From Pristiophorus japonicus (Eukaryota): a stretch of 64,000 bases of DNA. A model generated the notes under the pieces. The model was not told the origin of the DNA. It worked only from the letters and a program-made list of their open reading frames with translations, and made no database searches. The DNA lies in assembly GCF_044704955.1 (NCBI RefSeq), contig NC_091978.1:191332001-191396000 (forward strand), in the 5' to 3' direction. Position 1 is the first letter of the stretch. Every line of letters begins with the position of its first letter. Of the stretch, positions 25,601 to 39,240 are shown piece after piece. Position numbers and translations under genes: made by a program.

Positions 25601-28344
25601 TGGTCACAGGTCGGAACACAGTCGAGCATCTGCAGAACCTGGAGGAGGTACGTGGTTGACTCAACTGCGTGGGGCTCAGTTTAAAACGCTCGAAGTGCGT
25701 TTTCCTGGTGCCTGAAGTGGAGTTCTTGGGAAGGAGGATGTGGTGGATGGCATCAGGCCCACCAATGCGAAGATGGAGGCAATCGAGAACGTATCGAGGC
25801 CACAGAACGTGACAGAGCTGCAGTCATTTCTGGGACTCCTGAACTACTTTGGTAACTTCTTACCGGGTCTCAGCACACTCTAAGAACCACTACATGTCTT
25901 ACTATGAATAGGGGACAATTGGGTTTGGGGCAAAAGCCAAGAAAATGCCTTTGTAAAAGCGAGAAAATTGTTATGCTCAAACAAATTGCTTGTGTTGTAT
26001 GATCCATGTGAGCGTTTGGTACTCGCATGTGATGCGTCATCATATGGCTGCAGTGTGTATTGCAACAAGCTAATGATTTCGGGAAACTGCAACCGGTTGG
26101 CTTATGCATCCAGGAGTCTGTCTAAAGCTGAGAGAGCCTACAGCATGATTGAGAAAGAAGCGTTAGCGTGTCTCGATGGGGTAAAGAAAATGCATCAATA
26201 CCAGTTTGGGCAAAAATTCGAATTGGAAATTGACAATAAGCCATTTATATCCCTGTTCTCCAAGAGTAAAGGGATAAATACCAATGCATTGGCCCGCATT
26301 TGGAGATGGGCGCTCACGTTGTCCGCATACAACTACGCCATCCGCCACAGGCCAGGCACAGAAAACTGCTCTCAGTAGACTGCCATTGCCCACCATGAGG
26401 GTGGAAATGGCGCTGCCCGCAGATTAGCCATGGTAATGGAAACATTTGAGAGTGAGCAATCACCCGTCACTGCCCGGCAGATCAAAACCTGGATGAGCCA
26501 GGACCCCTTATTATCCTTAGTTAACAGCTGTGTGCTTCACGGGAGCTTGTCCAGTGTCCCAGTGGAAATGCAGGAAGAGATAAAGCCGTTCCAGCAGCGC
26601 AAAAATGTAATGTCTATATAGGCAGACTGCCTTCTGTGTAGTGGTTCCCACGAAGGGCAGAGACACCTTCATGAATTACCTCCACAGTACGCACCCAGGC
26701 ATTGTAATGATGAAAGCAACAGCCAGATCCCAAGTTTGGTGGCCCGGTATCGATGCGGACTTAAAGTCCTGCATTCACAGATGTAATACATGCTCGCAGT
26801 TATGCAATGTACCCAGGGGGGCGCCGCTAAGTTTATGGTCTTGGCCCTCCAAAACCATGGTCTAGGGTACACGCGACTACGCAGGCCCGTTCTTGGATAA
26901 AATGTTCCTTGTGGTTGTAGACGCGTACTCCAAGTGGATTGAATGTGAGATAATGTCGGCTGGCACGTCGGCTGCCACTACTGAAAGTCTGCGCGCCATG
27001 TTTGCCACACACGGCCTACCCGATGTCCTGGTGAGTGACAACAGGTCATGTTTTACCAGTGCTGAGTTCAAAGAAGTCATGACATGTAATGGGATCAAAC
27101 ATGTCACATCTGCTCCGTTTAAATCAGCGTCCAATGGTCAGGCAGAGAGAGCAGTGCAAACCATCAAGCAAGGCATGAAGAGGGTAACTGAAGGCTCACT
27201 GCAGACTCGCCTATCCCGAGTCCTGCTTAGCTGCTGCACGAGACCACAACTCACTCACTGGAATCCCACCTACTAAACTGCTTCTGAAAAGAGCACTTAA
27301 GACAAGGCTCTCATTAGTTCACCCTGATCTACATGGACAGGTAGAGAGCAGATGGCTTCAACAAAGTACATACCATGATAGCGCAAATGTGTCACGCGAG
27401 ATTGAAATCAATGATCCTGTATTTTTATTGAATTATGGACAAGGTCCTAAGTGGCTTCCCAGCACTGTCGTGGCCAAAGAGAGGAGCAGGTTGTTTCAGG
27501 TCAAACTTTCAAATGGACTCATTCACCAGAAACACTTGGACCAAATCAAACTCAGATTCACGGACTATCCTGAGCAACCCAACTTGGACCCTACATTTTT
27601 TGATCCCCCAACATACACACCAGTAGCAACCAACAACCCGGTTGACCACGAAGCAGAACCCATCATCCACAGCAGCCCAGCAAGACCCAACACACTGGGC
27701 AGCCCAGCAAGGCCAGCTGCACAGCAGCCCAGCGAGGGCCCAACAAATGATCCAACAATAGCAGCTTTCACACCGAGACGATCAACCAGGGCAAGAAGGG
27801 TCCCAGATCGACTCAAATTGTAAATAGTTACACTATTGACTTTACGGGGGAGGAGGGTTGTTATATATGTTAACTTATATTTACTCTGTACACTCACCAG
27901 AGGGCTCATCCCCTGGAGGCCCAAGGAATCCCACAATCCCTTCGGAGCAAATGTATTTAAGGAGGCCTCACAGGTTGGAGAGGAACTCTGGAGACGTGCA
28001 ATAAAAGACTAAGGTCACACTTTACTTTGAGCTCACAGTGTTCAGTCTGACTCTTCTCCATACATAACACTTGCTACCCTCACCAGGTCGTTCCACCTCT
28101 TACGGCACCTTTCCCCAATACGACCCATTGTACTTGTGGAGGACACAGCCTCCCTGATCTCATCCCATATTCTGTTGTACTCCTTTGTGGGAGGTTTTCC
28201 ACGACCACCCTTCGTTAAGTCGGAGTATCTCTCCGTAATATTCTCCAGAAGATCAGGTAATTCTATCTTGTCAAAGTTGAGCGCCGTCAATCTCCCGTCC
28301 TTTTCGATGTTCCTGCGCTTCAACTTCTTTTTCAGCATTTCCAT
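22623..28344 (-). pseudogene. Harbinger Myb/SANT-like DNA-binding gene of element B (exons about 28344-28070, 23961-23816, 23504-22623)
   Basis: Exon 1 has the trihelix signature WDEIREAVSS...CRKRWNDLVRVA. AG/GT splice sites flank exons 2 and 3. Acidic/Pro-rich C-terminus is frameshifted. Confidence 0.8.
24193..28069 (+). mobile_element. Gypsy LTR retrotransposon (same family as 2433-6793); gag C-terminus and protease deleted
   Basis: LTRs 24193-24403 and 27859-28069. TSD ATTGC/CTTGC (one mismatch). Gag, RT, RH and IN fragments present. Gag NKVML joins directly to the RT-upstream segment at about 25030. Confidence 0.95.
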
Positions 28345-29239
28345 TATATATATATTTATTATATTTATTATATGATTTTTGATTGATAAAATATGTATTA
28401 TTATTGTTGATATCATATAATTATTATCTGTTATTAATATTTTGTGACTCTGGAATCTCTGATTAAAACAACTGACCCTTGAATACCTTGTTGCTCCTTC
28501 TCACTCTCTCCCTCGACTTCAACTCTCTGCGCATGTGCAGGTGACCTCTGACCCCCGAAATCGCTGAGAAAAAGCATCTGTGAAAAAAAAGCAAAAAATG
28601 AATTGCCGCATGCGCAGTGCAGTGCAGCACCGTCCATCGACAAGAAAGTCGATCTTGATTGATTATAATACTGCACACCACCCACTGCACACCGCTCGCA
28701 TACCACCAAAGAAAATTCCACCATACTAGTGCTCTTCAGTCTCGGCAGTATTCCGGCAGTTTTAAATGACGCACCACCGGAATACTGCCGAGCAATGGGT
28801 GGACCTTATATTCTGATGAGTTTCAGGCCCAAAGAGTTAAGATAAATGGGTGTTGCTTGTGTTGGAGAAAGATTGGATGTTCGTGCTAGATACATTTTTG
28901 TTCTCAATGTATGTGTAAATGATCAGGACATATGTATAGGAAACACAATCTAATAATTTGCTGATGGCAGAAAGTAGTGGGTTTGGCAATTGGCGAGAAA
29001 GAATTGTAAAATGCTTCAGGAAGATAAAAAGATGTTGACAGAATGGTTAGTCAGTTGGCAGCAGCCATTTGCTGTGGATGAGTGTGGGATAATACATTTT
29101 GAGAGGAAAACAAGGAATGGGAATATATACTCAATCGGGTTCAAATACATAACTCCCTGAAAGTGCATATGTAGCTAGATAAAGCCGTAAAAATGGCAAT
29201 ACTTTTTTGGGTTTTATAAATAGGGACATAGAATACAAT

Positions 29240-29775
29240 GGGCTAGAACCTCCACTTTTGTGGTTATCACGATATCTCCGGAGTGGGCGTTAAAAAGGGT
29301 TTTCAGATCGCCGGCTTCTCGCCCATTCTCAAAGTCTCCACTTTTGAAAATGGGCATTACCGCAAGCGATATCAAATGGGCGGTAGCATTAAATTTTTTT
29401 GACCATCTGCTGTAAAGTATGGCCGTCCTTAGCAACGACATGGCAATGCTCGATTCCCGCGATTCAGGAGGTCAAGGGTTATCATGATATACGCAGAAGA
29501 GCAGATAGAGAGAGGGAGCTCAGAGGGACTGAAGGCATGTCTGGGTGTGTTGTGGCTGTTTTAGGAGGAAGTAAGGAGACGTTAGAGCTTCACAGCAAGT
29601 AGGAAAACAAAAAGTAGCTGTTACCAGCCACATATTTGCCCTAATTTGGCCTATAATGGAGAGAGAGGAGGAGGCATCACAGCACGCTGTGGAGACTGAC
29701 ACTGGAGAGAGCAGTGAGGTGGGAGAGGAGCACATTGGAGGGCACAAAAGAGTGAGGAGGTTCTCGGACGAAGCA
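29240..29775 (+). mobile_element. Single end of a Harbinger of family A with the start of its Myb gene
   Basis: Same TIR GGGCTAGAACCTCCACTTTTG. Sequence is the reverse complement of about 15290-15528. Myb-like start MEREEE...KRVRRFSDEAL. Confidence 0.8.
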
Positions 29776-30372
29776 CTAACATCTGTGGTTGGGAAAATGT
29801 TGGAGTCCATTATTAAAGAAGCAGTAGCAGGATATTTGGAAAAGCAAAATTCAGGCAGGCAGAGCAAGTATGGATTTATGAAGGGGAAGTCATGTTTGAC
29901 AAATTTGCTGGAGTTCTTCAAGGATGTAACGAACAGGGTGGATAAAGGGGAACCAGTGGATGTGGTGTATTTGGACTTCCAGAAGGCATTTGACAAGGTG
30001 CCACGTAAAAACTTACTGCACAAGATAAAAATTCACAAGGTTGGGTTTAATATATTAGCATGGATAGAGGATTGACGTACTAACAGAGAACAATGAGTCG
30101 GGAAAAATGGTTCATTCTCTGGTTGGCAACCAGTAACTAGTGGGGTGCCACAGGGATCAGTGCTGGGACCCCAACTATTTACAATTTATATTAATGACTT
30201 CGAAGAAGGGACTGAGTGTAACATAGCCAAGTTTGTTGATGATACAAAGATAGGAGGAAAAGCAATGTGTGAGGAGGACACAAAAAAATCTGCAAAAGGG
30301 CATAGACAGGCTAAGTGAGTGGGCAAAAGTTTTGGCAGATGGAGTATAATGTCAGAAAGTGTGAGGTCATGA
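29776..30372 (+). mobile_element. CR1 RT fragment
   Basis: TSVVGKMLESIIKE...YLDFQKAFDKVP and KFVDD. Ends abruptly at a junction with another CR1. Confidence 0.88.
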
Positions 30373-33300
30373 AATTAGGGATAGTGTTAAATCCAACAAA
30401 GAGGCATATAAATTGGCCAGAAAAAGCAGCAAACCTGAAGACTGGGAGGAATTTAGAATTCAGCAGAGCAGGACAAAGGCTTTAATTAGGAGGGGGAAAA
30501 TAAAGTACGAGAGGAAGCTTGCAGGGATCATAAAAACTGACTGCAAAAGCTTCTATAGATATGTGAAGAGAAAATGGTTAGTGAAGACAAATGTAGGTCC
30601 CTTGCAGTCAGAATCAGATGAATTTATTATGGGGAACAAAGAAAGGCAGACCAATTGAACAAATACTTTGGTTCTGTCTTCATTAAAGAAGACACAAATA
30701 CCCTTCCGTAAATACTAGGGGACCGAGGGTCTAGCGAGAAGGAGGAACTGAAGGGAATCTTTATCAGACAGGAAATTGTGTTCAGAAATTGATGGGATTG
30801 AAGGCCGATAAATCCCCAGAGCCTGACAGGTTGCATCCCAGCATACTTAAGGTAGTGGCCCTAGAAATAGTGGATGCATTGATGATCACTTTCCAACATT
30901 CTATTGACTCTGGATCAGTTCCTATGGACAGGAGGGTAGCTCATGTAACCCCACTTTTTAAAAAAGGAGGGAGAGAGAAAACAGGGAATTATAGACCGGT
31001 TAGCCTGACATCGGTGGTGGAGAAAATGTTGGAATCAATTATTAAAGATGAAATAGCAAAGCATTTGGAAATCAGTGACAGGATCAGTCCAAGTCAGCAT
31101 GGATTTATGAAAGGGAAATCATGCGAGACAAATCTTCTAGAAATTTTTGAGGATGTAACTAGTAGAGTGGACAAGGGAGAACCAGTGGATGTGGTGAATT
31201 TCGACTTTCAAAAGGCTTTTGACAAGGTCCTACACAAGAGATTAGTGTGCAAAATTAAAGCACTTTGCATTGGGGGTAAAGAATTGACGTAGACAGAGAA
31301 CTGGTTGGCAGACAGGAAGCAGAGAGTCAGAATAAACGGGTCCTTTTCAGAATGGCAGGCAGTGACTAGTTGGGTGCCGCAGGGTTAAGTGCTGGGACCC
31401 CAGCTATTTACAATATACATTAATGATTTAGATGTTGCAATTGAATGTAATATCTCCAAGTTTGCAGATGACACTTATAAAGTCCTGTCCCTGCAGTACA
31501 GGCTCACACGAGGCACATGCTGAAGTCAAGGTCACTCAGGACCTGCACCTTTATTTCACAGCTCTCGAATGCCACACTTGCCTGAGACCTGTCTTTATAC
31601 ACCTGTGTGGAACAGGTATGCAGTGTCTCCTGCAAGTGCACCCCTGGTGATAAGGTATGCTTGTGGTTACAGGTCATATCTAGTTACAGTCATGTATAGC
31701 ATGGTAAGATACAGTTATGTACAGTCATGTGAGATACATGACATCACCCTCCCCCAAGGTGTTATTGTCTTTATAGATTCAGTGTCTCAGGTGGTCTATG
31801 CTCTCGCGTGGAGCGTCTTAGTTGTGGCTCAGTTGTTTGCCTTGGTGCCTGTTTTTCTTTTGGTGTGATTGCTGGTATCTTGCCTGGGCTGTCTGTTTCG
31901 TTCAGTATGATTGTTGGTGTCTCGCCTGGGCTGTCTGTTGAGATTGCCCTTTCCTCAGGTTGTTCCCTCTGTCTGTCCACAGGTGTGGTGTGAGGTCCAC
32001 ATTGTAGTCTGCCTCTGGTTCTGCAGTGTTTTGGTGAATCTACTTTTGACTTGGTCTACATGCCTCCGGCAGGTTTGGCCATTGTCCATTTGTACCACCA
32101 GTAGCCTGTTTCCTTCCTTGCCTGTTACTGTCCCTGCAAGCCATTTGGGACCCCTGCCATAGTTTAGCACAAACACTTTGTGCCCTATCTCATTCTACCT
32201 CCCCATCGAATTTCGGTCATGGTACTCAGTTAGCTTACGGCGCTTTGCCTCAACTATTTCATTCATGTCTGGGAGGATTAATGAGAGCCTTGTCTTTAAG
32301 GTCCGTTTCATCAATAGTTGCGTGGGGGGAACCCCAGTCAATGAATGTGGACGAGATCTGTATGCCAGCAGCAGTCGCAACAGGCGACCCCGCAGCATGG
32401 GACCTTGGATTTTAAGCATGCCTTGTTTAATGATTTGCACTGCTCGCTCTGCCTGGCCGTTGGAGGCCGGCTTGAACGGTGCCACCTTAACGTGATTTAT
32501 GCCATGGTCAGCTATAAAATCTTGCAATTCTGCGCTGGTGAAGCACGGACCATTATGTCAGGAATTCCGTGTGTTGCAAACATAGTTCCAAGGCTCCCCA
32601 CAGTGGTGGAGGTTGTGCTCGAGTTTAAAATGGTGCATTCGATCCACTTTGAAAATGCATCTACAACTAAGAGGAACATTTTGCCCATGAATGGGCCCGC
32701 ATAGTCTATGTGCACCCGCGACCACGGTTTGGTGGGCCAAGGCCAGGGCTCAGGGGGGCCTCCCTGGGGGCATTACTGAGTTGGGCACAAATGGTGCACC
32801 GTCGGACGCAGAGCTCCAAGTCCGTGTCAATGCCAGGCCACCAGACATGGGATCTGGCTATGGCCTTCATGAGAACGATCCCCGGGTACTCGCGGTGGAG
32901 CTCCCGGACAAATGCCTCTCTGCCTCACAGAGGCATAACTACTTGGCTGCCCCACATGAGGCAGTCTGCTTGTAGTGATAGCTCATGCATGTGCCGATGG
33001 AAAGGTTTGATCTCTTCGGGGCAGGCATGGCGAGCCTCTGCCCAGTCACCAGTTAAGAAACATCTTTTAACTAAGGATAACGTGGGGTCGCTGGTCGTCC
33101 AGGCTCTGATTTGGCGAGCCGTCATGGGCAAACCTGTGGACTCAAAGGCATTGATTGCCATGACTATCTCACAGTCCTGTTCGTCAGACCCTTCCGTGGT
33201 CGCCAGGAGTAGCCTGCTAAGTGCGTCGGCACAGTTGTCTGTGCCTGGTCTATGCCTTATGATGTCGTCGTAAGACGCCAGCATGAGTGCCCACCGTTGA

Positions 33301-36220
33301 ATTCGCGCCAAGGTGTTGGCGTTTATTGCCTTGCTCTCGGATAGCAGGGACGTGAGGGGCTTGTGATCGGTTTCTAACGTGAACTTGGCCCCAAAAAGGT
33401 ATTGATGCATCTTTTTGACTCCGCACTTGCACGCAAGCGCCTCCTTCTCCAGCATACCGTACCCGCGCTCCGCCCGCGAAAGTGACCTGGAGGCATAAGT
33501 TATGGGTTGTAATTTACCCGCACCATTGACATGCTGTAAAATGCACCTGACCCCATATGCTGACGCATCACATGTAAGAACTAGCATTTTACCTGGATCA
33601 AAAAAAGCCTAAACACTGTTGGAACATAGAAGGTTGCATGCCTTATTGAAGGCGCGTTCCTGGGCGTCCCCCCAAAACCAATCACACCCCTTTCTGAGTA
33701 GCATGTAGAGAGGCTCCAGCAGTGTGCTTAAGTTCTGCATAAAGTTCCCAAAGTAATTTAGTAGCCCAAGAAAGGCGCGCAGTTCCGAAACATTTCGGTG
33801 CGTGGGTGCCAGACGAATTGCTTCGGTTTTTGATGCTGTTGGGCGGATTCCATCAGCGGCAATCCTTCTGCCCAAAACTTCAACCTCAGGAGCGAGAAAC
33901 AGACACTTGGATTTCTTAACTCTTAGGCCTACCCGATTCGACCGCTTTAGTACTTCCTCAAAATTGCAGAGATGGGAGTCGGTGTCCCTGCCCGTGATAA
34001 GTATGTCGTCTTGAAATACAACCGTCACCGGGATGGACTTGAGCAGACTCTCCATGTTGCGCTGGAATATAGCAGCTGCCAACCTGATGCCGAATGGGCA
34101 TCGATTGTCCATGAAAAGGCCTCGATGTGTGTTGATGGTGGTGAGTAGCTCAGACTCTTCGGTCAGTTCTTGCGTCATATACGCAGATGTGAGATCTAGT
34201 TTCAAGAAAAGTTTTCCTCCAGCCAATGTGGCAAATAGGTCCTCTGCTCTGGGCAGTGGGTATTGGTCCTGTAGGCAGTCTCTGTTTATGGTAATTTGTA
34301 ATCCCCACAGATTCGTACGGATCCATCAGGCTTCATGACTGTGACGATGGGACTTGCCCAGTCGCTAAATTCCACGGGTGAGAGAATGCCTTCCCGCAGA
34401 AGACTGTCCAGTTCATGTTCAATATAGGGCACAGCTCTAGCCTTGTGATGGACCAGTCTAGCATCCTGTGTGATGTAGATTTTAATTTTAGCCCCTTTCA
34501 AGGTGCCCACACCTGGCTGAAAGAAATGTTCAAATCGACTTAGAACTGTTGAGCAGGAAGTCTGTTCCTCTGATGACATGGCATGAAAATCATCCCATTT
34601 CCAATTTAGTTTTGCCAGCCAGCTTCTCCCCAGCAGTGCTGGGAGATCTCTGGGGACAATCCACAGGGGAAGTCGGTTCACTGTCCCTTTGTGTGTGACT
34701 GAGAGCATGGCGCTGCCAAGGACTGGGACGATTCTTTGGTATAGGTCCTTAGTTTGGTGTCGACCCTTGTGAGTTTTGGTCTGTTGCTTTTGTGGGGCCA
34801 CAGCTGTTCAAATTGTCAAGCACTCATGAGAGATTGACTCGCTCCCGTATCCAGTTCCATGTTGACAGGTATCCCGTTGAGTAGGACCCTCATCATTATT
34901 GGAGGCGTCTTGTTGTAAGAACAGTGGCCATTCATCGTGTTGACCCGCTGTCCCTCGGTGTCCCGGGCACTGTCCCCACCATCTTCTGGTCTGCTTTCCG
35001 ACCCTTCCAATTCACATCCCATCCTCGTCGCCACTGTAAAGTCCTGTCCCTGCAGTACAGACTCACACGAGGCACATGCTGAAGTCAAGGTCACTCAGGA
35101 CCTGCATCTTTATTACACAGCTCTCGAATGCCACACTTGCCTGAGACCTGTCTTTATATACCTGTGTGGAACAGGTATGCAGTGTCTCCTGCAAGTGCAC
35201 CCCTAGTGGTAAGGTATGCTTGTGGTTACAGGTCATATCTAGTTACAGTCATGTATAGCATGGTAAGATACAGTTATGTACAGTAGTGTGAGATACATGA
35301 CAACACTAAGCTGAGTGGTGATGTGAGTTGTGAGAAGGATGCTAAGAGGCTGCAGAGTGACTTGGACAGGTTAGGTGAGTGGGTAAATGCATGTCAGATG
35401 CAGTATAATGTGGATAAATGTGAGGTTATCCACTTTGGTGGCAAAAACAGGAAGACAGAATATTATCTGAATGGTGACAGATTAGGAAAATGGGAGGTGC
35501 AACAAGACCTGTGGTGTCATGGTACATCAGTCATTGAAAGTTGGCTTGAAGGTACAGCAGGTGGTGAAGAAGGCAAATGGCATTTTGGCCTTCATCGTGA
35601 GAGGATTTGAGTATAGGAGCTGGGAGTTCTTACTGCAGTTGTACAGGGCCTTGGTGAAGCCACACCTGGAATATTGTGTTCAGTTTTGGTCTCCTAATCT
35701 GAGGAAGGATGTTCTTGCTATTGAGGGATTGCAGCGAAGGTTCACCAGACTGATTCCCGGGATGTCAGGATTGACATATGTGGAGAGACTGGATTGACTG
35801 GGCTTGTATTCATTGGAGAGGGGATGTCATAGAAACATCTAAAATTCTGACGAGATTGGACAGGTTAGATGCAGAAAGAATATTCCCGATTCTGGCGAAG
35901 TCCTGAACTATGGGTCACAGTCTAAGGATAAGGCGTAAGCCATTTAGGGCCAAGATGAGGAGAAACTTCTTCACTCAGAGAGTTGTTAACCTGTGGAATT
36001 CTCCACCGCAGAAAGTTGTTGAGGCCAGTTCATTAGATATATTCAAAAGGGAGTTAGATATGGCCCTTACGGCTAAAGGGATCAAGCGGTATGGAGAGAA
36101 AGCAGGAAAAGGGTACTGAGGTTGAATGATCAGCCATGATCTTAATGAATGGTGGTGCAGGCTCGAAGTGCCGAATGGCCGACTCTTGCACCTAATTTCT
36201 ATGTTTCTATGTTTCTATTT
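30373..36220 (+). mobile_element. CR1 LINE (same family as 16110-18065) split by Gypsy 31476-35302
   Basis: RT motifs up to KFADDT at 31475, resuming at 35303 and ending in a (TTTCTATG)n tail at about 36197-36220. Confidence 0.92.
31476..35302 (-). mobile_element. Gypsy LTR retrotransposon lacking almost all of gag
   Basis: 268-bp LTRs at 31476-31743 and 35035-35302. TSD ACACT (31471-31475, 35303-35307). PBS TGGCGACGAGGA. Protease LDTGA lies about 170 bp after the PBS. RT FQDD, RH and IN fragments follow. Confidence 0.95.
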
Positions 36221-37674
36221 TTCTTAGCGCTCTACCCACACTCAGGGCCTAGCTGCCCAATATTGCTGACTGAGGCACAAATTGTTCCCGGGTAGAAACT
36301 TTACCGCCCCGCCGTCATTACCGTCCCAAAATGAGCAAAGCTGAAAATCTAGCCCAGGGGTACCACCTCTAATGGTGATGAGCGTGAAAGAAATGGGTTG
36401 GATTTGCTTTATGGAGCTGGTTTGGGGTGGAGCCAACCAGGCGCATCATTTGGCAGTCAGGGTGCACATCATGAAATGAAGTTAATATTGCTATGGTGAG
36501 GCCATCACTCGCCTCCAGGGTAGCAATGTGGTCGGGTGCTGATGCTTTGTGTCCTGTGCAGCATCAAGTGATTGTGGAGAAGTTTTGCGTTGCTGTTGGT
36601 GATGCTGGTGTGTTTAGTGATGTTGGTGTTGGGGCTGATCGTGGTGGGATTCTAAGGACCAAGGCATATTTTTTGTCAAGGACATCGATGCTGGTGGAAT
36701 AGATGGCATGTGAGGTTGAGATGACAGAAGCACTCTGTCAATGGTGAGAGAAATTGCTCCAAGGAGATGACAGTGAATGGAGAGTTCATTGCAAATATTT
36801 CCAAACTGCATACAGCTCAAAAGTCTCTTCCAAAACCTGAAGGCTTCAGCTTCTGATATTGGAAAGTGAACAGCTGTGAAATGGTAGCTTTTATACCACT
36901 TCTGTAGCTGTCAACTAGCCAAAATTATGGAGATTCACTGAGAACCGAACTCCACTTACCTGGCGTGAAGCCTGAGGCACAGCAAACCCATCAAAATGTT
37001 GGTAAAATTGTAAGTGCCTACTTTTAACCATCTTAACTACCATTTAAGTACATTTTATTTTTGAAAATTACCTGTCCCGCCGCTTGCTGTTGGGTCTGCT
37101 ATCCGAACACAGATCTGACAGTTCAGAAACTCACATGGAGGTGGGTTTAGAGCGGGATCCTGACCCGCTTCAATCAGGGCCATTTTCAGGCCTCCAAACC
37201 TGCACTCACAGGGCTGGGAAGATTCCGGCCCAGATGTGCCACAGTATTGACAAGGTAAAGTATTGATCAAGCTAGATCTTAAGGTAAACATTGTGCTTCT
37301 TGGGGATTATGGGTAAGATCATATTCTCAAGTTACGGCAACAAGACATTAGATTCAAGGGTATGAAACATATTTTAAAACTATTTTAATTCGACAATGTG
37401 TAAAGTTATTGAAGTTGATCAAATTACATTGATTTTATTACATTATTACCATTAACAGATGCAGTTGACCCCAGATACATTTTCAAAAATAAGAGTGGGA
37501 TATTACTTGTAACTTTATTAAACAGAGTTTGGTCTATAAGTCTATGTACATTAATTGCAAATCACCCAATTTAGATATTTGAAAGCTCTGAAGTAAAGAA
37601 AATAACCTGCAATATGCAATTTTGTTTCAAATAAATCTGATTAAAATTATCTAAACAACTGGTAGACTATTAAG

Positions 37675-38130
37675 AACATACGAACATAAGAACGTAAAAA
37701 AGAGGAACAGGAGTTGGCCATTTGGTCCCTCGAGCCTGCTCTGCTATTTAATAAGATCATGGCTGATTTGATCATGGACTCAGCTCCACTTCTCTGCCTG
37801 CTCCCCATAACCGTTTTTCCCCTTATCACTGAAAAATCTGTCTATCTTTGCCTTAAATATATTCAATGACCCAGCCTCCATAGCTCTCTGGGGCAGAGAA
37901 TTCCATAGATTTACAACCCTCTGCAAGAAGAAATTCCTCCTCATCTCAGTTTTAAATGGGCGGCCCCTTATTCTGAGACTATGTCCCCAAGTTTTAGTTT
38001 CCCCTATGAGTGGAAGTATCCTCTCTGCATCCACCTTGTCGAGCCCCCTCATTATCTTATATGTTTCGATAAGATCACCTCTCCTCCTTCTGAACTCCAA
38101 TGAGTATAGGCCCAACCTACTCAACTTAAA
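37675..38130 (-). mobile_element. CR1 3' end fragment
   Basis: ORF 37780-38133 LSRLGLYSLEFRRRRGDLIETYKIM...KWS* followed by a (TTCTTATG)-type tail. Confidence 0.9.
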
Positions 38131-38329
38131 CACTGAGACATGTTAAAATCAACTCAGAATAGAGAACTAACTAAAGCTACTTAATTTAATACTTCTATTT
38201 TTTTATTTATTCATTAAAACAATATTGCATTTGATTGAGAACTTTAAACAAAGATAATGTATTTTCTTTGTCTCCTTCTTTCCTGAAAGTATTTACTCAT
38301 GACTGGTTATAGTTGAATGGCAATCTTTT

Positions 38330-39240
38330 AGTTGTCATTTTTTTCATGTTCCTGAGTGCAGCAGACAATTTACCGCCAGGAGCTTCACAGCTGAGCCTGA
38401 TCCAATCTTCACCTGAGGGGTGCATGTAGGAATTTTCCATAGAGACCATTGAACAGCAATCAGGGGTAAGACTTTTGCCTGATTTTCACCCCTCTGACCC
38501 GAGCTCATGTCGTGCTCCTACTCACACTCCAGCTGAGATCAACTAACCTGAATTGAACCTGGGATATTTCTAGTCTGTATGGTTCAGTGCCACAGTATTT
38601 ATGCTCTGAACCTTTCAGAAACTCTGAGGAAATGTAACGGGTATATCTTATTATGACAAATGCAACAATTATGATTGATAATGACGTGGGAAGGATAGAA
38701 AGTATTGAAGCTGCCGCTCCATTTTAATTTGATCATTAAATCATCACCAAAGATGAAAATTTAGAATTTTAACTAATTTGCTATATACCTATTATCATTT
38801 ATATTTCGGCTGTGATTCGTACCATTCAAATGCTAATTCAAGGGGAAAAATATCTCTAAAGAGTACTGAGTCATATTAAAAAGGTTAATTACAGTTGCTC
38901 AAGTTGCCTCCTACAATAATTCAGTAGCTAGTATACTGTCTGCTGTGTTACTGACACATACAGAGCAGGAAGATTCCTGGTCCATCCCTGGTCCAGATTG
39001 AGTTGACTGATCCGAGTTGCAGCAGCGGTAGTTGGCATCGGTGTGCCTGGGCTAGAGAGGGGATAAATTGTCAGCCAGGGTTCCCACCCTCGATTGTTAA
39101 ACGGTAAAACAGCTGAAAGTGAAATGAGATAATAGAATAGATTTGAATAGCCTGCTGATGCTCAATGTTTAGTTTCACACATAAAAATTAAGGTTGAACC
39201 GTTGCATGAATCATAGCCTTCAGGATAGCAGGGAAAAGGG
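38330..39240. repeat. Two highly diverged SINE-like remnants in opposite orientation (about 38330-38610 minus, about 38900-39240 plus)
   Basis: Loosely reverse-complementary segments (GAGATCAACTAAC vs GAGTTGACTGATC) and tRNA-like heads. Very degraded. Confidence 0.3.

Larger units (their letters stand above)
20364..28830 (+). mobile_element. PIF/Harbinger DNA transposon B with nested solo LTR and Gypsy
   Basis: Imperfect TIR GGACCAGAAATT / AGTTTCAGGCCC, 3-bp TSD AAA (20361-20363, 28831-28833). Transposase on plus strand, three-exon Myb gene on minus strand. Confidence 0.88.
20200..29237 (+). mobile_element. Old CR1 RT remnant (about 20200-20363 and 28831-29237) interrupted by Harbinger B
   Basis: Joining across the AAA duplication gives GACAGGACACAAAGAGTTAAGATAAATGGG, matching the CR1 DRKQRV.ING segment. 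Confidence 0.65.

Noticed and set aside
2433-36220. Large inverted repeats (Gypsy 2433 vs 24193; CR1 16110 vs 30373) as a single foldback structure
   Set aside because: The Gypsy copies have their own TSDs and the flanks are unrelated. They are independent insertions of the same families.
29240-36355. One large Harbinger bounded by 29240 and the TIR-like AAAATCTAGCCC near 36355
   Set aside because: The TIRs match for only 8 bp, there is no TSD, and the flanking CR1 does not resume. They are probably ends of different elements.
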